64,000 nucleotides of DNA, taken from the NCBI GenBank assembly GCA_003971905.1, contig RSEE01000047.1, positions 186,001-250,000 of the forward strand, read 5' to 3'. The stretch comes from Moniliella sp. 'wahieum'. Lineage: Eukaryota. Made by a program: the position numbers and the translations under genes. Shown here in pieces: positions 35,710-49,180 of this stretch; position 1 is the stretch's first letter, and each line of letters starts with the position of its first letter. The notes below the pieces were generated by a model. The model was given only the letters and a program-made list of their open reading frames with translations. It was not told the DNA's origin and made no database searches.

Positions 35710-38700
35710 TCACGATTCGACTGGCGACTGGCCGTCATCTTGGCTGCCAATCAGGCCGGCAAACGAGGGGTCTTGCACCACCTTGTCCCATTCCGTATCC
35801 CACGCCTTTTGCAGCTGCGCCGCGTCTTCCCACACCCAACTTCCCTCTTCGTTGTAGGTCTGCGCATTGCGGCACATGAGATGCACATCGTTCTTGGCTT
35901 CGAGCAGAGTAAGGTACGTTGCCCGTTCAATCCGTCGTTTGATCTGGCGCATGCTGATCGGCTGCTGAATGATGGTGCGGTAGTCGGGGTAAAGCTTCGC
36001 GCTAGGGAGATCCAGAAACAGGTCGGCCCTTGCCCGGCCCTTTGCATCCTTGCACGCTTCGAGTGCCGCATAACAGACTCGCAGCGCCCCACGCACTTTA
36101 GCTCGTTCCGAAAAGAGCCCGCGATCCGGCTGGGTCGCAGGTTTGATCCGCTTCGTGGCATGTTCAGACCCATCGCTCGCTTCGTACGCCTCCTCCTCAT
36201 CCCCGCCCTCCGTCGCAGCTCGTTTCCTCTTGGAATGCACAGCGCGAGAGGACGTAGAGCGGCGCGAACGAGAGTGTTTTCCATTCAGCACCACGGTATC
36301 ATCCGCATTTTCGGTACTCTCATCGTCCCCGGCTTCCTCCTCTTCCTCCTCCTCAACCGAAACAAACTTCTTGGACTTTTTACGCTCTCCCCGCGCGCGT
36401 AAGGCAAGCGCCACCTCACTTGGATCTTGATCGTTTTCAAGCGCGGCAATGAACTGAGCCTCGGTCAATTCGTCATTGTACCGCACGGGCGCCGTCCGAC
36501 GGCGACGAGGGAGAGTACTGTCATCGGCAGTATGGTTGGCCTTGGCCTCCTCCATAGCCACATACTTGTCCTCATACGACTGCTGAAATTGCTCGGGAGT
36601 TCTGCCTCGGTAATGAGCCGTGGAGGTGCAGGGCCTTCTTTTCCGGACGCTTCCCAATCAGCTTGATCTCGTGCTGGACGTTGCTCGTCCATCTCACCGA
36701 AATAGTTTTCTTCCTCGGGGGTGCGGGCAAGGATCGCGTTGATCTCCTCATCAGTCATGTCGCCTTGCTCTGTTGCGTCCTCGTCGACGTTTTCAAGCAT
36801 CGCGCGCAGAAGATTGTCTCGCTCCTCATTCGTCGCCGATTCATGAAAGCGACCCGCCTGGATGACCTTGCCGTCCATATCGAGCTTGCGATGGGCAATC
36901 TCGAGGATTTTTTCCTCAACTGACTTTTCTGTCACAAGCCGGAAGATGCGCACCTCCATCTTTTGGCCAATACGATGGGCACGGTCTTGGGCTTGCAAGT
37001 CTTGGTGGGGATTAAAGTCCGAATCAAAGATAATCACCGTGTCGGCGGTTTGAAGGTTTAGGCCCAGCCCACCGGCGCGGGTAGAGAGGATAAACATAAA
37101 GTAAGGAGAGTCGGGTTTGTTGAACTCATGTAGCATCTGGCCGCGGTCGTCTTGCTTAGTCGCGCCGTCAAGACGGAGGTAAGCGAGGTCACGGTACCGA
37201 AGATAATCCTCCATAATGTCCATGATGTGCGTCATCTGGAAAAACATGAGCACCCGATGCCCCGTCGCCTTGAGTTTGGGAAGGATGCGATCCAACAGCT
37301 CGAATTTGCCTGACACACGGTACAAGTCGGGCCCGGTTGCCTTGGTCGGATTAACCACTGCCTCGACCTCTTCAAACACGTAGGGATGCTGGCAGATTTT
37401 GCGCAGCTGCATCAGCATATTCTGCAATCCGCGCAGTCCCCCCGTCTGAACCACATTGGTCGTTCCCCCCAATTCGTTTCCGGTGAAGATTGTCTTGTAC
37501 TTGGTCATCTGCCCGTACATCTTTGCCTGCAGCGCCGACTTGGCGCACTTGATCACCTTCTCCACCTTGTCCGGTAGCTCAGACTCAACGTCTTTCTTGA
37601 GCCTACGCAGCAAGAAGGGACGGAGGACCTTGTGCAAACGTTTGATAATCAAGAGCTGTTCTTCTTCGTTGAGCTGCATCGTCGCATCGCCTCCACCGGC
37701 ATTGGCAAAAGGGGTATTGAACCACTCGTCAAAACTTTGGGCCGAGTTGAACACCTTGGGCAGCACGAAGTTAAGCAGGGCCCAGAGCTCGGGTAGGTTG
37801 TTTTGCAGCGGCGTTCCCGTCAGCAAAAGGCGGTATTGGCTGTAGTAAAATTGTGTCAGGGTGAGCGAGAGCTTAGACTCCGCATTTTTCATCCGGTGGC
37901 CCTCGTCAATGATCATGTGCACCCATTTGACCTTGCTCAATACATGCTTGTCTTTGATGATGAACTCGTAGGTCGTTAACAAAACTTGCCAGTTGCCGGC
38001 ACGCACCCGCAATGCCAAATCCTTGCGCTCGTTGGGCCCGCCCTTGTACACTAGCACGCTGACGCTTGGTGCCCACTTGTGGAACTCGTTAACCCAGTTT
38101 TGGAGCGTCGAGAGCGGGACAATAACCAGGTAAGGAGACCGTTGGCGTTTCTTCTCGATCAAATAGGTGATCAAGCTGATGGTTTGGATCGTTTTCCCCA
38201 AGCCCATCTCATCAGCCAAGATTCCATTGAGATGGTTGTTGTAGAGCGACACCATCCACTGAAGGCCCTTGATCTGGTAGTCCTTCAGCTTGCCGCCTAC
38301 CAAGAGTGATGATTGTGCTTCCACAGTCTCGTGAATACGATGGGCAATGCTGTAGTAGTCGGCCTTGCCTTTGTCCTCTTCCTCCCCATCTTGGCGGGAA
38401 GCACCAAATGCGGATTCGTCCACTTGGCGGGGAGGGAAAGAATGGTCGTTCTGCTGCTCCCGCACGGCAAGGGCCAAGTTGTCCAGGTATTTGTCCGTTT
38501 GTGCCAAAAGATGGGCAATACGGGTATCCTTAGCAGTATCAATCAGTTTCAGGTAGGCCTCTTCATCGTCAGCCTTGAGCGCATTGAGACGCTCCTTGGC
38601 CAGCCGTTCAATCCGCTTCGCCTCCTCCCGCTCGGCCTCTGCATGAAAGCGGGTTAAATTACGAGCCAAACGAGCGGCTGTATCGCGCACCCCTGCCTGT

Positions 38701-39615
38701 CCTTGGATGAGGCGCTTGGTTTGGCTGAATATGGCCGAAATGTGACCCCAATGGCGTTGCCGCTCCTTGGTTTGCGTGTCGTCTCGCTGTTTGCGCGCCA
38801 GCGCCTCGGTGGCGCGAATGGGGATCACCGCACTTTTCTTAGCCTTTCGCAGTGCCATCCGATCCACTTCGGGTTGGAGCGTTGAGGCCTGCCCATTCTC
38901 AGCAACGTATTGCCGATACGCGCGTTGACGGGGCAAGAGTTGAAGCGACCGCAGTTCCACCAACGCGTCCAACTTGGGATTCGTGCTAGGCTGCGGCGGA
39001 CGAAGCCAGCTGGGCACTTGGGGGGAGGAGGAAGCGGAAGCTCCTTGGGAAAGGTTAGCAGGGAGAGACTCGAGTTCAGCCATGCGCTGATTGATACGGG
39101 CTTGGATGTAACGGTCCCGCTCTTCCTCTGCCAAGAGCAGATCGCCCTCAGCCGGTACCAGGCTCGGGGACCGCGACAAGGCGGACACGGGCGGATTAAG
39201 GTACTGGTATGGGTCATCAATGGCCGGTTGGAGGCGAGACGGGACAGGCTGTCCCAACGCAAGGGCGCGGTAGGCCTCGGTCTGGGCCTGCAGCAGACGC
39301 ATTTGACCCTGCGGCACGATCGGGCCAGGAGCGGAGGGCGGGTGGAGGTGGAGGTACTGGAGAGTGGCGAGCGCCGCCTGCAGTTGGCTGTGTTCCTGCG
39401 ATCCCGTCTGTCCGGTTTCCTGGAGGTGCGAAAACCGCTGGAAAAACACGTGCGTCAGCAACAAGCCAGCACATGCATCCTTCGTTGGCAGGGATGGGAC
39501 GTACGCGCACCATGAGGCGCACCTCGTCTGCGGACCAGCATTCGGCGATCCGCAGCAAATGCGCCGCGGGCGGGGGCGGCGGGGGCGGCAGGGTGGCAGC
39601 AGAGGCGGCCGGCAT
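35710..39615 (-). CDS. Snf2/Sth1-type chromatin-remodelling ATPase (QLQ, HSA, ATPase, SnAC, bromodomain); intron at 39438-39504; frameshift near 36595
   Basis: QLQ GQMRLLQAQTEAYRALALGQPVP; HSA ERLAKERLNALKADDEEAYLKLID; NGILADEMGLGKTIQTI; MIIDEGHRMKN; LSTRAGGLGLNLQTADTV; QAQDRAHRIGQ; bromodomain LFLDLPSAKLYPDYRTIIQQPISM...NAQTYNEEGS. Confidence 0.96.
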
Positions 39616-40106
39616 GCGATCCAATCGCGTCTTCGCGCAGCGACGAGGAGAGACGGGGATGGTGGCGGAGGCGGTGGCGGCGGCCGAAGACGATGGATGC
39701 GCCTGGGCGACGCAGCTTCCATCGCCGCCGCCCGCGTGTCGACGGCGACGCGTGCCGGACGCACCAGCAACCCGAGGGTCGCCACAGGACACTGCCCCCG
39801 TGCGCAACGCCGCAACCCTAGTGCGCGCTCGTGCCTCGCTTCCAGTCGCGCCCGCGGCCGACGCTTGCAATTAATAAGGCCCTGCGGCTGACCGACGATC
39901 TATACAGCTCTGGCAAAACAGTGGGCATCCGTCGCATTCGGCCCCTTCGCAGGAGGCTCCCTGCCGTGTCCACCCCCACACGGCTTCGGCCTGATACATA
40001 TGCTCGTCTATGACAAGCCAAGAGCGCCTGCTCCCCCATACTCACACCGCAAGTGCAGCAACATACATTGCGTGTGCTGCTGATCAGCAACCGCGGCCGG
40101 CAGTCG

Positions 40107-43013
40107 TTATGAGTCGGGGTCAGGGATGGGGATCCACTGGGCACCCTGACGGGTCTGAAGGAAGATCTCGGCGTTCTCGTCTGGTCCACGCCACGATCCC
40201 GGTGCCGATGGGTGGACATTCGAAACGAGGAAGCAGGCACCAACACGCAGAGAATTGAGCTGTCCAGCATCCCAGACAGTCATTTGGGCCGTACGTGGGG
40301 TGGAGCGAGCCTTGATCGCTTGGGATACCAACAAGCCAGGTCGGCCCGGCGGTGCATGGGGTGGAACGGGGGGGATGGCGTCTTCGCACCTGACGACTCG
40401 GAACGCTCGCACACGGCGTGGCGGTACCCGCTCGTCTAGCTCGGCCTCCATTTCGTGCTGGGCTTCTTGTAGAAATGCATCGTGGCGTTCGCGAGCGCCT
40501 TGGACAAAAGCAGCGGTTATCCCTTGACCGCCAGGGCAAATATGAGCAAGAGCCGTGCCCGGATCGGGGGCTTCAAATAGCTGATCTAGCTTGTCGGCCA
40601 TCGCTGCCTCTCCGTCCTCCTCCGTTCCTCCCTCCAGCTCTGAAGCTGCGACGGAGCCCATCGTGTCAACAACTGCCTGCAGCGCCTGCTGGGCCCGGAT
40701 CAGGTTCACTCCATTCTTGCTCCAATTGATCCCGTGCATCGCTCCGATCCTTCTCCCACTGCGATTGCAGCTCCGCCTCCTCGGGTGCAGAGTGAACCGA
40801 GCCGCGCTCTTGTGCATTGCCATCCAGGTACCCCAGGTCAAATGTTTGAGTAATTCGGATCCGAACCAGCCCCACTTTACCCCCCCAGGGCTGAGCGAGC
40901 GTAGAGAGCTGACCCATGGCGAAGGGCGGAAGCCGAGCTTGACGTCCCATGGCGCGAGCTGTGTTCCGTTCGCATGGAGAGTGAGAGTGATTGTGCTGAA
41001 GCCCTCGAGCGCTTCAACGGGTCCACCTTCACACTGGTAACAAAAATCAGATTAGCTCTCCAACTGCCATGATACAAAGCGAACGAAAACATACCTTGGC
41101 ACCCAGGATGCACAACTTGTTTCCTACGCGAATCCTGCCGCGATGTAGCGCATCAAAGAGCGTGTCGTCCAACCGGGCTCGGACAGTGTACCATCCATCG
41201 GTGAGGACAATGATTGGTTGAAGTAGGGATTCATGCCCGCTGGCGGTATGCTTGTCCTGATCATGCACCTCATTTCCTTCTTCCGGACCCCACTCAAGCT
41301 GGTAGACACATAAAACCATTGGTTGACTTGGCGGTGAATCATGCTGTTTGATGCGGTTGATTGCGGACCGCTGCCCAGCATTGACCTCCCGTTCGTAACG
41401 ATAACGCAACTGCCGGATCACCTGGTCCCAAGACCACCACTCTTCTGCACGTTCGGGCTGGTGCCGTGACATGGCAGCCAACTTCCAAAGGATCATCCCC
41501 CAGTGATGCCGGACCCATTTTAGGCTTAGATGGGATGCCCCCAGCTGCTGAAGCACCCGCAAAGCTTCTTCGGGACCATTGGTCGTATTGGAAGGCATGA
41601 GAAATTCAAAATTCTCGCCCATCCAAGGAGCATTAAGCACCGTAATTGCCTCTTTGGGGCACCCCCGCTTGATCGCCTCAGAATGCGAGACAGACTCGGG
41701 TCGGATCCGGGATTGAAGCAATGTGTGACGAGGTGGCGCGCGATTTGGATTCAAGTCAAACAGAGAAGGGCGTGACAGAGGTTGTGGAGGGATGGCACCA
41801 CGTGAGGGATGTCTCGATGCGCGGCTTGGTGTCCCCAACGACACATCGCCAGGGTGGGAAAAGCGAACGGGAGAGACAGAGGCTGCTTGAATAGTCACTG
41901 GTGTATGGGAGAATTTCGGTCCCGGCGTCACTGCGGGGCGTGGGGTAGATTTGAAGGGGGTTTTGAACGCTTTCCTCCTCGTGATTGGCTTGGCGGAACT
42001 AGTTGGGCGCACGCCCAACGAACGGCGGGACATACTGGAATTAGTACCGGACGCGCCATTGGCAGGCGTGTTGGACGCTGGCGTCTGACCCGTAGCGCGC
42101 GAACGCGAGCGCAAAGCAGGGGGAGTTACAACTTCCCCTTCAGGTGCTTGGCGCTTGTGCCGCGTGGTGAAAGAACTACTGAGCGCGCGGGCCGGGGAAG
42201 CAAACCCTGTCGTAATGGCTGGTACCAACGTAGACGAGTGGTTCGGAGCGGAGACAGAGCGTTGTGAAGGACCCGTGAGCGTGGAGGCATGTAGAGGGGT
42301 GGGTAAACGAGCCGCAGGAGAGAAGCAGCGGGTGAGCATGGGAGACATATCACTTCTTCGTTTTCTTGGCGGCAAGATGGCAGGGAGGTCGATGCAGAAT
42401 TGCCGTTCGAAGCGCTGGCCGCACGCTGATCGTCTTGCTCCCAAGCGTCCATCTTGGCTTTGGCTGCCTTCAGTGCCTCATCACTCAAGGCTGGGAGAGA
42501 ATGCCCCTTGGCCGTTACAAACGTGCCCAACGGTAAAGTATCAAGAAATGGTGGGGGCGATGGTGCACGAGACGTGTCCTCCTCCAAGGAGAAGGGGCTG
42601 TGGTCTTGACGCGCAGCGTTAGCCGAACCCGGACCCGCTGTCCCGCCCTCTATTGTTGATGACAGTGGCAAGGGCTGCGTCGAAGGATTGCACTCTTGGG
42701 TGAGATCCGCTTGGGCAAGGAGAAAATCTTCCTCGCAAAGCTGGTCCAGGAAGCTGTCGCCGAACTCGTCATCATCAAAGGCGTCGTCCCTGTCGCTCGC
42801 TGGGAGCACTCGGGACGAGGAGGCTGGTTTGGAATAGGCATCGTGCTTGTCGCATCCGGGAGGGGTGGGGATGCTCGATGAGCGATCGATGCCGGGCATG
42901 GCAAGAACAGGGGTAGATGGGAGGGGCTGGGCATGAGGATGGGTATATGCTGGGCGGGCGAAGCCGGCCGCGGTGTCGGCTGGGAGCGTGGCTTGTGGAG
43001 CGGCGCGGTGCAT
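40107..43013 (-). CDS. BRH2: BRCA2 homolog (Brh2-like): BRC motif, helical domain, OB1, OB2/tower; intron at 41034-41094; frameshifts; start at 43013 or 42899
   Basis: BRC-like FVTAKGHSLPALSDEALKAAKAKM; WVRHHWGMILWKLAAM; LRYRYEREVNAGQRSAINRI; PMVLCV; LTDGWYTVRARLD; IRVGNKLCILGA; LHANGTQLAPWDVKLGF; AQMTVWD...LRVGACFLVSNV. Confidence 0.92.
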
Positions 43014-43406
43014 TGATCGGCCAGCGGCGCTGCCGATGGGGCGGAGGAGGAGGGGCGCATGAGAGCGGGGCCAGATGTGGGCGCAGGCGCGAGAGCAGCG
43101 AGACGGCGCGCCTGGGCACGGGTGGGGGCGGGGCGAGGGGGGCGAGGGGGGCGAGGAGGCGGAGCGGTGGCGGCGGGCATCCAGCAAGCTTCAAGGGGTT
43201 GGACCCAAGGCGGCGCGCCCCGCCCCAGCAGCCGCGAGCGTGCCACGGGGCACCGCGGTCAGCCTCAAAGTACGCGTGTTGATTTCAATTGGGCAGAAAT
43301 GCATCCGACGATTCTGCGTTGTTTCAATTGCCAAGCTTCAATTGCACCAGCCGCTCCCATCGCAATTCCTACCACCAGCCCCTCCTTCATCTGCACATTT
43401 CGACTC

Positions 43407-44486
43407 ATGTGGGCCGCTAATTCTCGCCGCATACTGCCCTGGGCTGCATCTTCAACTCACCTCCGCCCCCTCCCGCTCCTCCGCTGCTTTACCACTGCGC
43501 CCCCGACTGGCCAAACAGTCCCTCTTGCGTTTGACCACTACCCCCCTGCCTCTGGCGATGGCCCATCCACGGTCCGGGACGCTGGCGTGGGTTCGGTTGT
43601 CCTAGCACATGGCCTCTTTGGGTCTAAACAAAATTGGCGGAGCGTGGCGCGTGACATGGCCAAGCGCTTTGGCGTGCCAATCTACGCGGTCGACCTGCGC
43701 AACCATGGCCAGAGCCCTGTGATCGATGGCATGAACTATGCCGACATGGCGTCAGATCTTGTTCGCTTTTTTGAAGAACGTTCGCTGGAGCAGGTACTGT
43801 TGGTGGGCCACTCAATGGGGGGTAAAGCCGCCTTGTCCACTGCCTTGAGCCCTCGTCTCTCTACTGGTGTCCTTTCGGGGCTGGTCAGCGTCGACATGGC
43901 TCCTTCCCGAGGAACTCTCAGCAACGACTTCGTGGTACGTGCGCTGTGGTCATTTACTTCTTGTCTGACTCTCTATTCCTGCCCAGGCGTATCTGGACGC
44001 TATGATCACTATCCGCGATGCCAAAGTGTCCACTCGCAAGCAAGCGGACGAGATTTTGGCCAAAACCGAATCGGCGGTAGGTATCCGCCAATTCCTCCTG
44101 ACAAACCTGGAACGCAACCCGCCTGATTCCCAGCATTGGTCCTTCCGCATTCCCTTGGACATTCTCAAGCGTCATTTGGATCAAATTGGTGATTTCCCAT
44201 ATGAGCCTGGCAAGGTTTCGCCCTCACAAGGGCGAACTCTGTTCATCAAAGGGGAACGAAGCAAGTACGTTGTCTGTTATTGCTCCCATTGGCCCTTGAC
44301 CACTTATGCCATACTCACCTTTCTGTGCACAGCTATATCAACAAGAACAACGTCCCTGTTTGCAACGCTCTCTTCCCACACAACAGCATTACTACTCTAC
44401 CCACCGGCCACTGGGTTCACGCCGAACAACCGCGCGCGTTTATCGATACCGTTGAGGCCTTCGCACTGGGGAAACCATCTATCTGA
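43407..44486 (+). CDS. Alpha/beta hydrolase of the ABHD11/YbfF family, probably mitochondrial; introns at 43935-43986 and 44265-44332
   Basis: Presequence-like N-terminus; LAHGLFGSKQNWRS, DLRNHGQSP, GHSMGGK, VDMAP, IRQFLLTNL, TLFIKGERS, TGHWVHAEQP. Confidence 0.93.
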
Positions 44487-44720
44487 CCCCATCTTCACTC
44501 GATTAATCTAATCTTGCATCGCTTCCACGTTGACAGCCCCGAGTCAAGTCACGCAGACAACTAGCTCTCTTTGTTGGTGGGGGGGAGGAGTGCGCCAGTA
44601 GCAAGTAAAAGTAAATGGGGCGCAGGCCTAGCGCGCCTAGCACCACCCATACTCTTCGATTGCGCGCAGTAGAGATGGCAGGCCTGCAATCGCTCAGCCT
44701 GAGAGCTTGAATCAACACGT

Positions 44721-44751
44721 TCAATGTTCAATGTTCAATTTTCAATGTTCA
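44721..44751. repeat. (TCAATGT)-type heptamer array upstream of YOS1
   Basis: TCAATGT TCAATGT TCAATTT TCAATGT TCA, preceded in phase by an ACGT core. Confidence 0.85.
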
Positions 44752-44950
44752 CTATCCCATGGCGCCTGTACGTTACGTAACATGGCCAGCTCCACAGCCA
44801 TGAGCTGGTGGCCGCGAGCCTCACATGCTCCAGGGCGTCAGATCGAGAGAGCAGGTAGAGCGGCCGCCAGGCAAGGTAACCTGCCAGTGCCGCCACCACC
44901 ACCGGCTCCGCCCCTTGGGTCTCCTACAACACTCCTTGGGAGGTCCTGCC

Positions 44951-45336
44951 ATGTCTATCCTCGAGTTTTTCGGTGATATCTTTACCATTGGCGTCCTGCT
45001 CGTCAATTCGATTGCCATCCTCAACGAGGAACGCTTCCTCGTCCCAGGTGCGTCCCCCAAGTCTCCCACACACGGTCACTGACTTTCTGTCTCGGCTTCT
45101 CCAGTTGGCTGGTCTGCTACGAGCCAGAACCAAATGTACAGTGAAGCATACGGTCAGCAGCAAGAAGAGTCCGTAAAAGTCCGCCTTATCCACCTGATCA
45201 GTGCGGTGCGCATGCTGCTTCGAGGTATGTTAACTCTCTGCCTAATGGGCTTCGGCACTGACATGTCTGCGTCTTGATCTCAGTGCCACTCATTGCGGTC
45301 AATGCTCTTCTCGTCGCCAAGTTAATCATCTTCTGA
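44951..45336 (+). CDS. YOS1: Yos1/IER3IP1 ER-Golgi transport membrane protein; introns at 45048-45104 and 45225-45283
   Basis: Spliced product MSILEFFGDIFTIGVLLVNSIAILNEERFLVP|VGWS...SVKVRLIHLISAVRMLLR|VPLIAVNALLVAKLIIF*, which carries the Yos1 signature LL.NAIAIL.EERFL. Confidence 0.92.
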
Positions 45337-47467
45337 GCCAAAGCGGATCAAACTTGCTCGCACGCATGCCAGAGCTGAGCGCTGGCTCTTAATGGTTGTG
45401 GTGCACCCTGTAAAACCCAACCAGAGGCCCCCCAATGGCGCTCGAAAATGCTGAAATGACATGGCACGAGAGGCAAGCGAAGAGTGTGCAGGGCGTGGGA
45501 AAGGGACATTACCTATTCCCTGGCAAATCCTTCTATCGATGTCAATGTGCCGGGGGTATTGGTGTGGCGTGTCAGACGCTCGGCCAGGGAAACATCATTC
45601 ATGGCACATCAGGATATGAAGATGATATGCATGCCATCGCGATTCCAACGATATATCCCCATTCAGCGAAAGAGGTAATGGTTGTGGAATGAGCTTGCCG
45701 TCTCGGTTGTCAGTGATACAGCTCCGATCCCATCCTGCACCCCATGCCCGGCTCACACACCACTACCAGAACTGCACAAGCGGCGGGCGTGCCCCCCCTT
45801 CTACACTAATAGACGCTTTCTTGCCTCAGGGCGTCATAATTCTTCCTGAGTTAAAGCAACATGGCATCATGCCTTTTTTCTGGACAGTCGATCTGAAAAC
45901 AGTATCCCCTTACTCTGGTGAGGATAGTATCGGATCTAGAATCCAATGACCGGCCTGACCGCCAATCCAGCGTAGTTGGAGGAATAACATAACGCTCCTC
46001 ATATCATGCAGATGTAATCGTGACCGGCATTATCACCATCTTCCCTACAGGTGGTGTGCACATGCATCCCCAACAGTCCATGGCAAGGCTTTGTAAGACC
46101 GGAGGAACCTAAGGATTTGGGTAGAGAACCTCTGGGAATGTAGAGCAACGCAATCGCGGTGGTGGTGGTCAAGGTCTAAGCCTTAGGCCTTATGCCACAC
46201 CTAGAGGAGACAGGGGTTCCAACAAGCCAGAGTATACACGTGGAGGCTTCAGAAGTGAAATAAGGGGCAAAGGGTGTGATAAGACAGGCGCCTTGGCCTA
46301 TGTAAGGGACCGCCGGTCCCGACAGGCTTGTGCCTCCGCAAGAATGCCCGCACAGCCTCTGCCATGTCGAAAACTCAAGCAGCAACATGTAACAGCGATC
46401 CTGCCTGGCACCGCTCGCAAGGCGCTCAGGATGTTGGAGCTTGAGCTGCAAGTGAGCCTACAACATCCCGACTACGCAACCGTTTTCGGAGTGCAAAATA
46501 AAAGCATGACCATGATTCCAATACGAATTGTGTCGGGCGCCGGCGCCTTCCGACCTGATGGAAATCCACAGGCCAGAAGTCACAAGGAAGATGCACCAGC
46601 AGGAAGAACATCACTCTAGGTCTCCGCGAGCGCCTGCGACCGCCACTGAAGGGAGGGCAAGTGACTCTAAAGCAGAGACCGTATTCAGTAGGGAAAAGAG
46701 TCAAGCTCGAATGGGCTGCACCGCCCGCTTTTATACCATGGCGGAAAGGGGAACATCCAAACTCGGCGCAATATAACCGCAGTAACCCTATTGGTTTACA
46801 TTACACCATAAGCATAACCCTACTTTTAACCCCGCTTGGCGTCCACAGGCTTGATGGTGGCGGTGACCCAGCAAGCCGCGAGCCTGTAAGTGCGGTGGCG
46901 GTGTAAAAAAAAACTGTCGTTTAACCCCCCACGGTATCTCCCTCCCCCCGGCGTGGCTAGGCGCTCATCTCACCTCCCTCGTCGTTTGTCGCCCCCGTCC
47001 GGCTGCCACTGCGCCCTTCCTAAGCACTCTCACCTTTCCCCTTGGCCTGGTGCGCCCCCGTCATGCACATCTAAGTTCTCCGGCAACCACGGTCTCAAGT
47101 TTTTGTCTGCAGTATATTGGTCTTTGCGTTTTTGGTTTCTCTCGGTTCTGGCTAGGCCTGCTTTTTGTTTACACCCAAACTTTGAGTCAGCCCTTCCTGC
47201 CTCTACATCTCTTCATCCGTTCGATTCGCTTCGACACGGTTAGTAGTACGGCGGTTCGTTTTCTCAGCTTGGCTTGCAAGAGCACCTTTAACATCCCCTC
47301 TCCTCGGTACCGCTTGCACCTGCCGTCTCACCGACTGGCGTGTATCTTCCATATATTCTACCGCACCAGTTTGCACTCGGTTCGTGCATCTCGGTGTATC
47401 CCTGCTTTGGTCCGGTCCATCTGTTGTCGACGGTTGGATTTGGGCTCTCCTTAATACTTCTTTCAGC

Positions 47468-49180
47468 ATGACTGCTGTTGCGACGACCGTGTCAGCATTA
47501 CCTTCGCTACACCTGGTCTCTTCTCCTCTTTCTATCCCCAAATCATCTTCGTCGCCCTCATTGGCTGGATCGCCTACCGACTCTGCTCAGTGTGATGATG
47601 ATGGCGGCGCAGGTCAAAAGACTCGCGTCTCGGCCTTCGTCCGTAAGCTACGGAGGTAAGTCAAACTAGTCCGTTTTTGGTCGTTGGGAAGGTTTGTTAA
47701 CATGATCTCCGTTATCAGCATGATTGACAACGATACTATCCACAACATTCACTGGACACCAGACGGTGAAGCGTTTCGTGTCCTTGATTCGGTCAACTTC
47801 TCGCGTGATGTGTTGCCCAAGTGTGCGTCTTCTTCCGTGTTCGTTAACGAAACGAAGCGACTGACTGATGTCATTTCTCAGATTTTAAGCACAACAACTG
47901 GCAATCCTTCATCCGTCAACTCAACATATACGGCTTCGTCAAACTGACCGAAACTCCTGCCCAATCCCACACCACTGGCTCCCCATCCCCTCCCACACCC
48001 CAGTTGGAATGGTCATTCAAACCCCCTCTTTCTTCGTAATGCGCCTGATGCTATGGAAGAAATCAAGCGGAGGACACCCAAGACCAGCAAATCAACTGAA
48101 ATGGACGATGCTGTTGGGAACAAAAGGCCAAGGCTGGAGCCCCCGGACGGGTCCCAAACCTCCCTCGCCTCAAAAGCAAATCGACAAAGCCCGGTTGTCT
48201 TCCAATCCATGCCCGGCCACATACTGCCAATCCGCGTGGTCTTCCCCTGTTCCCCTCCGGCATGCCCTTTCATGGTGTGAACATGCCCAACAATATGGCT
48301 ACTGCCGCCGCCGCTGCCGCCATTGCCGCTGGGATGAATCCTGCCGCAGCCGTTGCAGCCCTGGGCCTCTCTGGTCAAGCGGGTCGTCCACCCGTGACGG
48401 CATCGCCAGCTGGGACCAACCCCAATCTGCCACTGAAGCCCTCTGCCAACAATGCTTCCATGGTACCTCCTATGGTGCCTCCTGTGGCCCCATCTTTCCC
48501 AGGTTGTATGATGATTCCTTCGCCCCCTGTCCCCACTCCAAGCACAGCCTTGGCCAAACCAAGTTCGAACACAGGCGCCTCTTCCTCCAAGACCAAGGTC
48601 CATTCTGCTCCTGTTCGTTCTACTGCCTCATCAGCCAGCTCAAGTTCTAGTGGGACAACGTTGGCCGAAAAAATCTCAGACGAGTCAGAGGCGGTGCGAC
48701 TACGGTCAGAGATGTCTGCATTGCAAACCCGGCTGGAGGCGTTACGGCGCGCCACATGCAGGACATGGACGATATCCAAGCCCGGGCCATGTCGCACATG
48801 ATGCAAGTTTTGTCCACGCAGGCTCGGAACGATTGTCCCCTCTCCACGGTGACTGAGCTGCAAGACTGTTTGGATACGTGGCGCCACATGTCGGAGGTCA
48901 CGGCCTCCCTCCTTCCCGCGGAGGCCGCTTGCAACGATAGTGAGGCGCCCACAGCCGATGACTCCTTGCCTGACTGGGATGCCCACTCGACCAACCCCCT
49001 TTTCCCTGATGCTGGAGTGGAACCGGCCATGCTTCTTCTCTCGGTCCTAGTCTCATCGACGCGTCGCCGATCGATGCGGTGCACGACTATGATATGTCGT
49101 TTGACGACTCGGCCACGCTGAGCGGAGCAGACGAGAGGACACTCGATGGTCCTCCTGCTAAGCGCCGTCGCAGCAATTAG
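47468..49180 (+). CDS. HSF-type DNA-binding domain transcription factor; introns at 47656-47718 and 47823-47881; frameshifts in the C-terminal half; end approximate
   Basis: SAFVRKLR|SMIDNDTIHNIHWTPDGEAFRVLDSVNFSRDVLPK|YFKHNNWQSFIRQLNIYGFVK...WSFKPLFLR..IKRR. A coiled coil follows (EAVRLRSEMSALQTRLEALRR), and the likely end is PPAKRRRSN*. Confidence 0.88.
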
